From NCBI GenBank assembly GCA_002269645.1, contig NIVC01000144.1:1-64000 (forward strand): a stretch of DNA of 64,000 bases, given 5' to 3'. A program made the translations under genes and the position numbers. Shown in pieces: positions 62,560 through 64,000 of this stretch. The notes below the pieces were generated by a model. That model ran no database searches. It saw only the letters and a program-made list of their open reading frames with translations, and was not told where the DNA came from. This DNA comes from Macrostomum lignano (Eukaryota). Positions within the stretch are counted from its first letter, which is position 1; every line of letters starts with the position of its first letter.

Positions 62560-64000
62560 GATGAGATGAGATAAGATAAAAGTAGATGAGAGGAGATGGG
62601 GAAGGTGGGGGAGACGAGGGGAGATAAAAGGAGATGAGGGGAGATTAAAATAAGATGAAAGAAACTGAGAGGAAGAGAAGAGAGGAAGAGATGAGAGAAG
62701 AAGACATGAGATGAGATGAGATGACAGGAGATGACAGGAGATGACAGGAGATGAGTGGAGATGAGAGGAAATGAGGGGAGATAAGGGGAGATGAGAGGAG
62801 ATGAGAGGAGATGAGTGGAGATGAGTGGAGATGAGGGGAGATGAGTGGAGATGAGAGGAAATGAGGGGAGATAAGGGGAGATGAGAGGAGATGAGAGGAG
62901 ATGAGTGGAGATGAGTGGAGATGAGGGGAGATGAGTGGAGATGAGAGGAAATGAGGGGAGATAAGGGGAGATGAGAGGAGATGAGTGGAGATGAGAGGAG
63001 ATGAGTGGAGATGAGGGGAGATGAGTGGAGATGAGAGGAAATGAGGGGAGATAAGGGGAGATGAGAGGAGATGAGTGGAGATGAGTGGAGATGAGTGGAG
63101 ATGAGTGGAGATGAGTGGAGATGAGTGGAGATGAGAGGAGATGAGGGGAGATGAGAGGAAATGAGGGGAGATAAGGGGAGATGAGAGGAGATGAGAGGAG
63201 ATGAGTGGAGATGAGTGGAGATGAGGGGAGATGAGTGGAGATGAGAGGAAATGAGGGGAGATAAGGGGAGATGAGAGGAGATGAGTGGAGATGAGAGGAG
63301 ATGAGTGGAGATGAGGGGAGATGAGTGGAGATGAGAGGAAATGAGGGGAGATAAGGGGAGATGAGAGGAGATGAGTGGAGATGAGTGGAGATGAGTGGAG
63401 ATGAGTGGAGATGAGTGGAGATGAGTGGAGATGAGTGGAGATGAGTGGAGATGAGTGGAGATGAGTGGAGATGAGTGGAGATGAGTGGAGATGAGTGGAG
63501 ATGAGTGGAGATGAGTGGAGATGAGAGGAGATGAGTGGAGATGAGTGGAGATGAGTGGAGATGAGTGGAGATGAGTGGAGATGAGTGGAGATGAGTGGAG
63601 ATGAGTGGAGATGAGTGGAGATGAGGGGAGATGAGTGGAGATGAGAGGAAATGAGGGGAGATAAGGGGAGATGAGAGGAGATGAGTGGAGATGAGAGGAG
63701 ATGAGTGGAGATGAGGGGAGATGAGTGGAGATGAGAGGAAATGAGGGGAGATAAGGGGAGATGAGAGGAGATGAGTGGAGATGAGTGGAGATGAGTGGAG
63801 ATGAGTGGAGATGAGTGGAGATGAGGGGAGATGAGTGGAGATGAGAGGAAATGAGGGGAGATAAGGGGAAATGAGAGGAGATGAGTGGAGATGAGTGGAG
63901 ATGAGTGGAGATGAGTGGAGATGAGTGGAGATGAGTGGAGATGAGTGGAGATGAGTGGAGATGAGTGGAGATGAGTGGAGATGAGAGGAGATGAGTGGAG
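62560..64000. repeat. Purine-rich 10-bp satellite (ATGAGTGGAG and variants) with higher-order blocks
   Basis: Tandem periodicity to the window end. Confidence 0.97.

Overview
Animal genomic DNA with GC-rich exons, GT-AG introns and minisatellite-filled introns; the style resembles a free-living flatworm such as Macrostomum (inference only). The left half and ~36-37 kb hold a cluster of intronless paralogues encoding ~335-345 aa secreted proteins: signal peptide, Cys-rich PAN/Apple-like segment and LamG/concanavalin-A-like domain. The cluster has three tandem + strand copies (one frameshifted), one inverted intact copy, one pseudogene and one inverted fragment. The copies share a ~480-bp core that is almost identical even at synonymous sites, have a highly divergent C-terminal half, and carry patchwork variants suggesting gene conversion. 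Spliced genes reconstructed by hand: ARL16 (4 exons), an effector-type caspase (4 exons), a DEG/ENaC channel, a calmodulin-like EF-hand protein, a very divergent alpha-tubulin-like gene, and the 3' part of a PDE1-type phosphodiesterase. Mobile relics include mariner, an RTE LINE, two CORE-SINEs and a possible Tc1-like piece. ARL16 intron 1 is almost free of CpG and shows CG->TA and CA->TA changes reminiscent of RIP-like hypermutation. All exon boundaries and counts were read manually.
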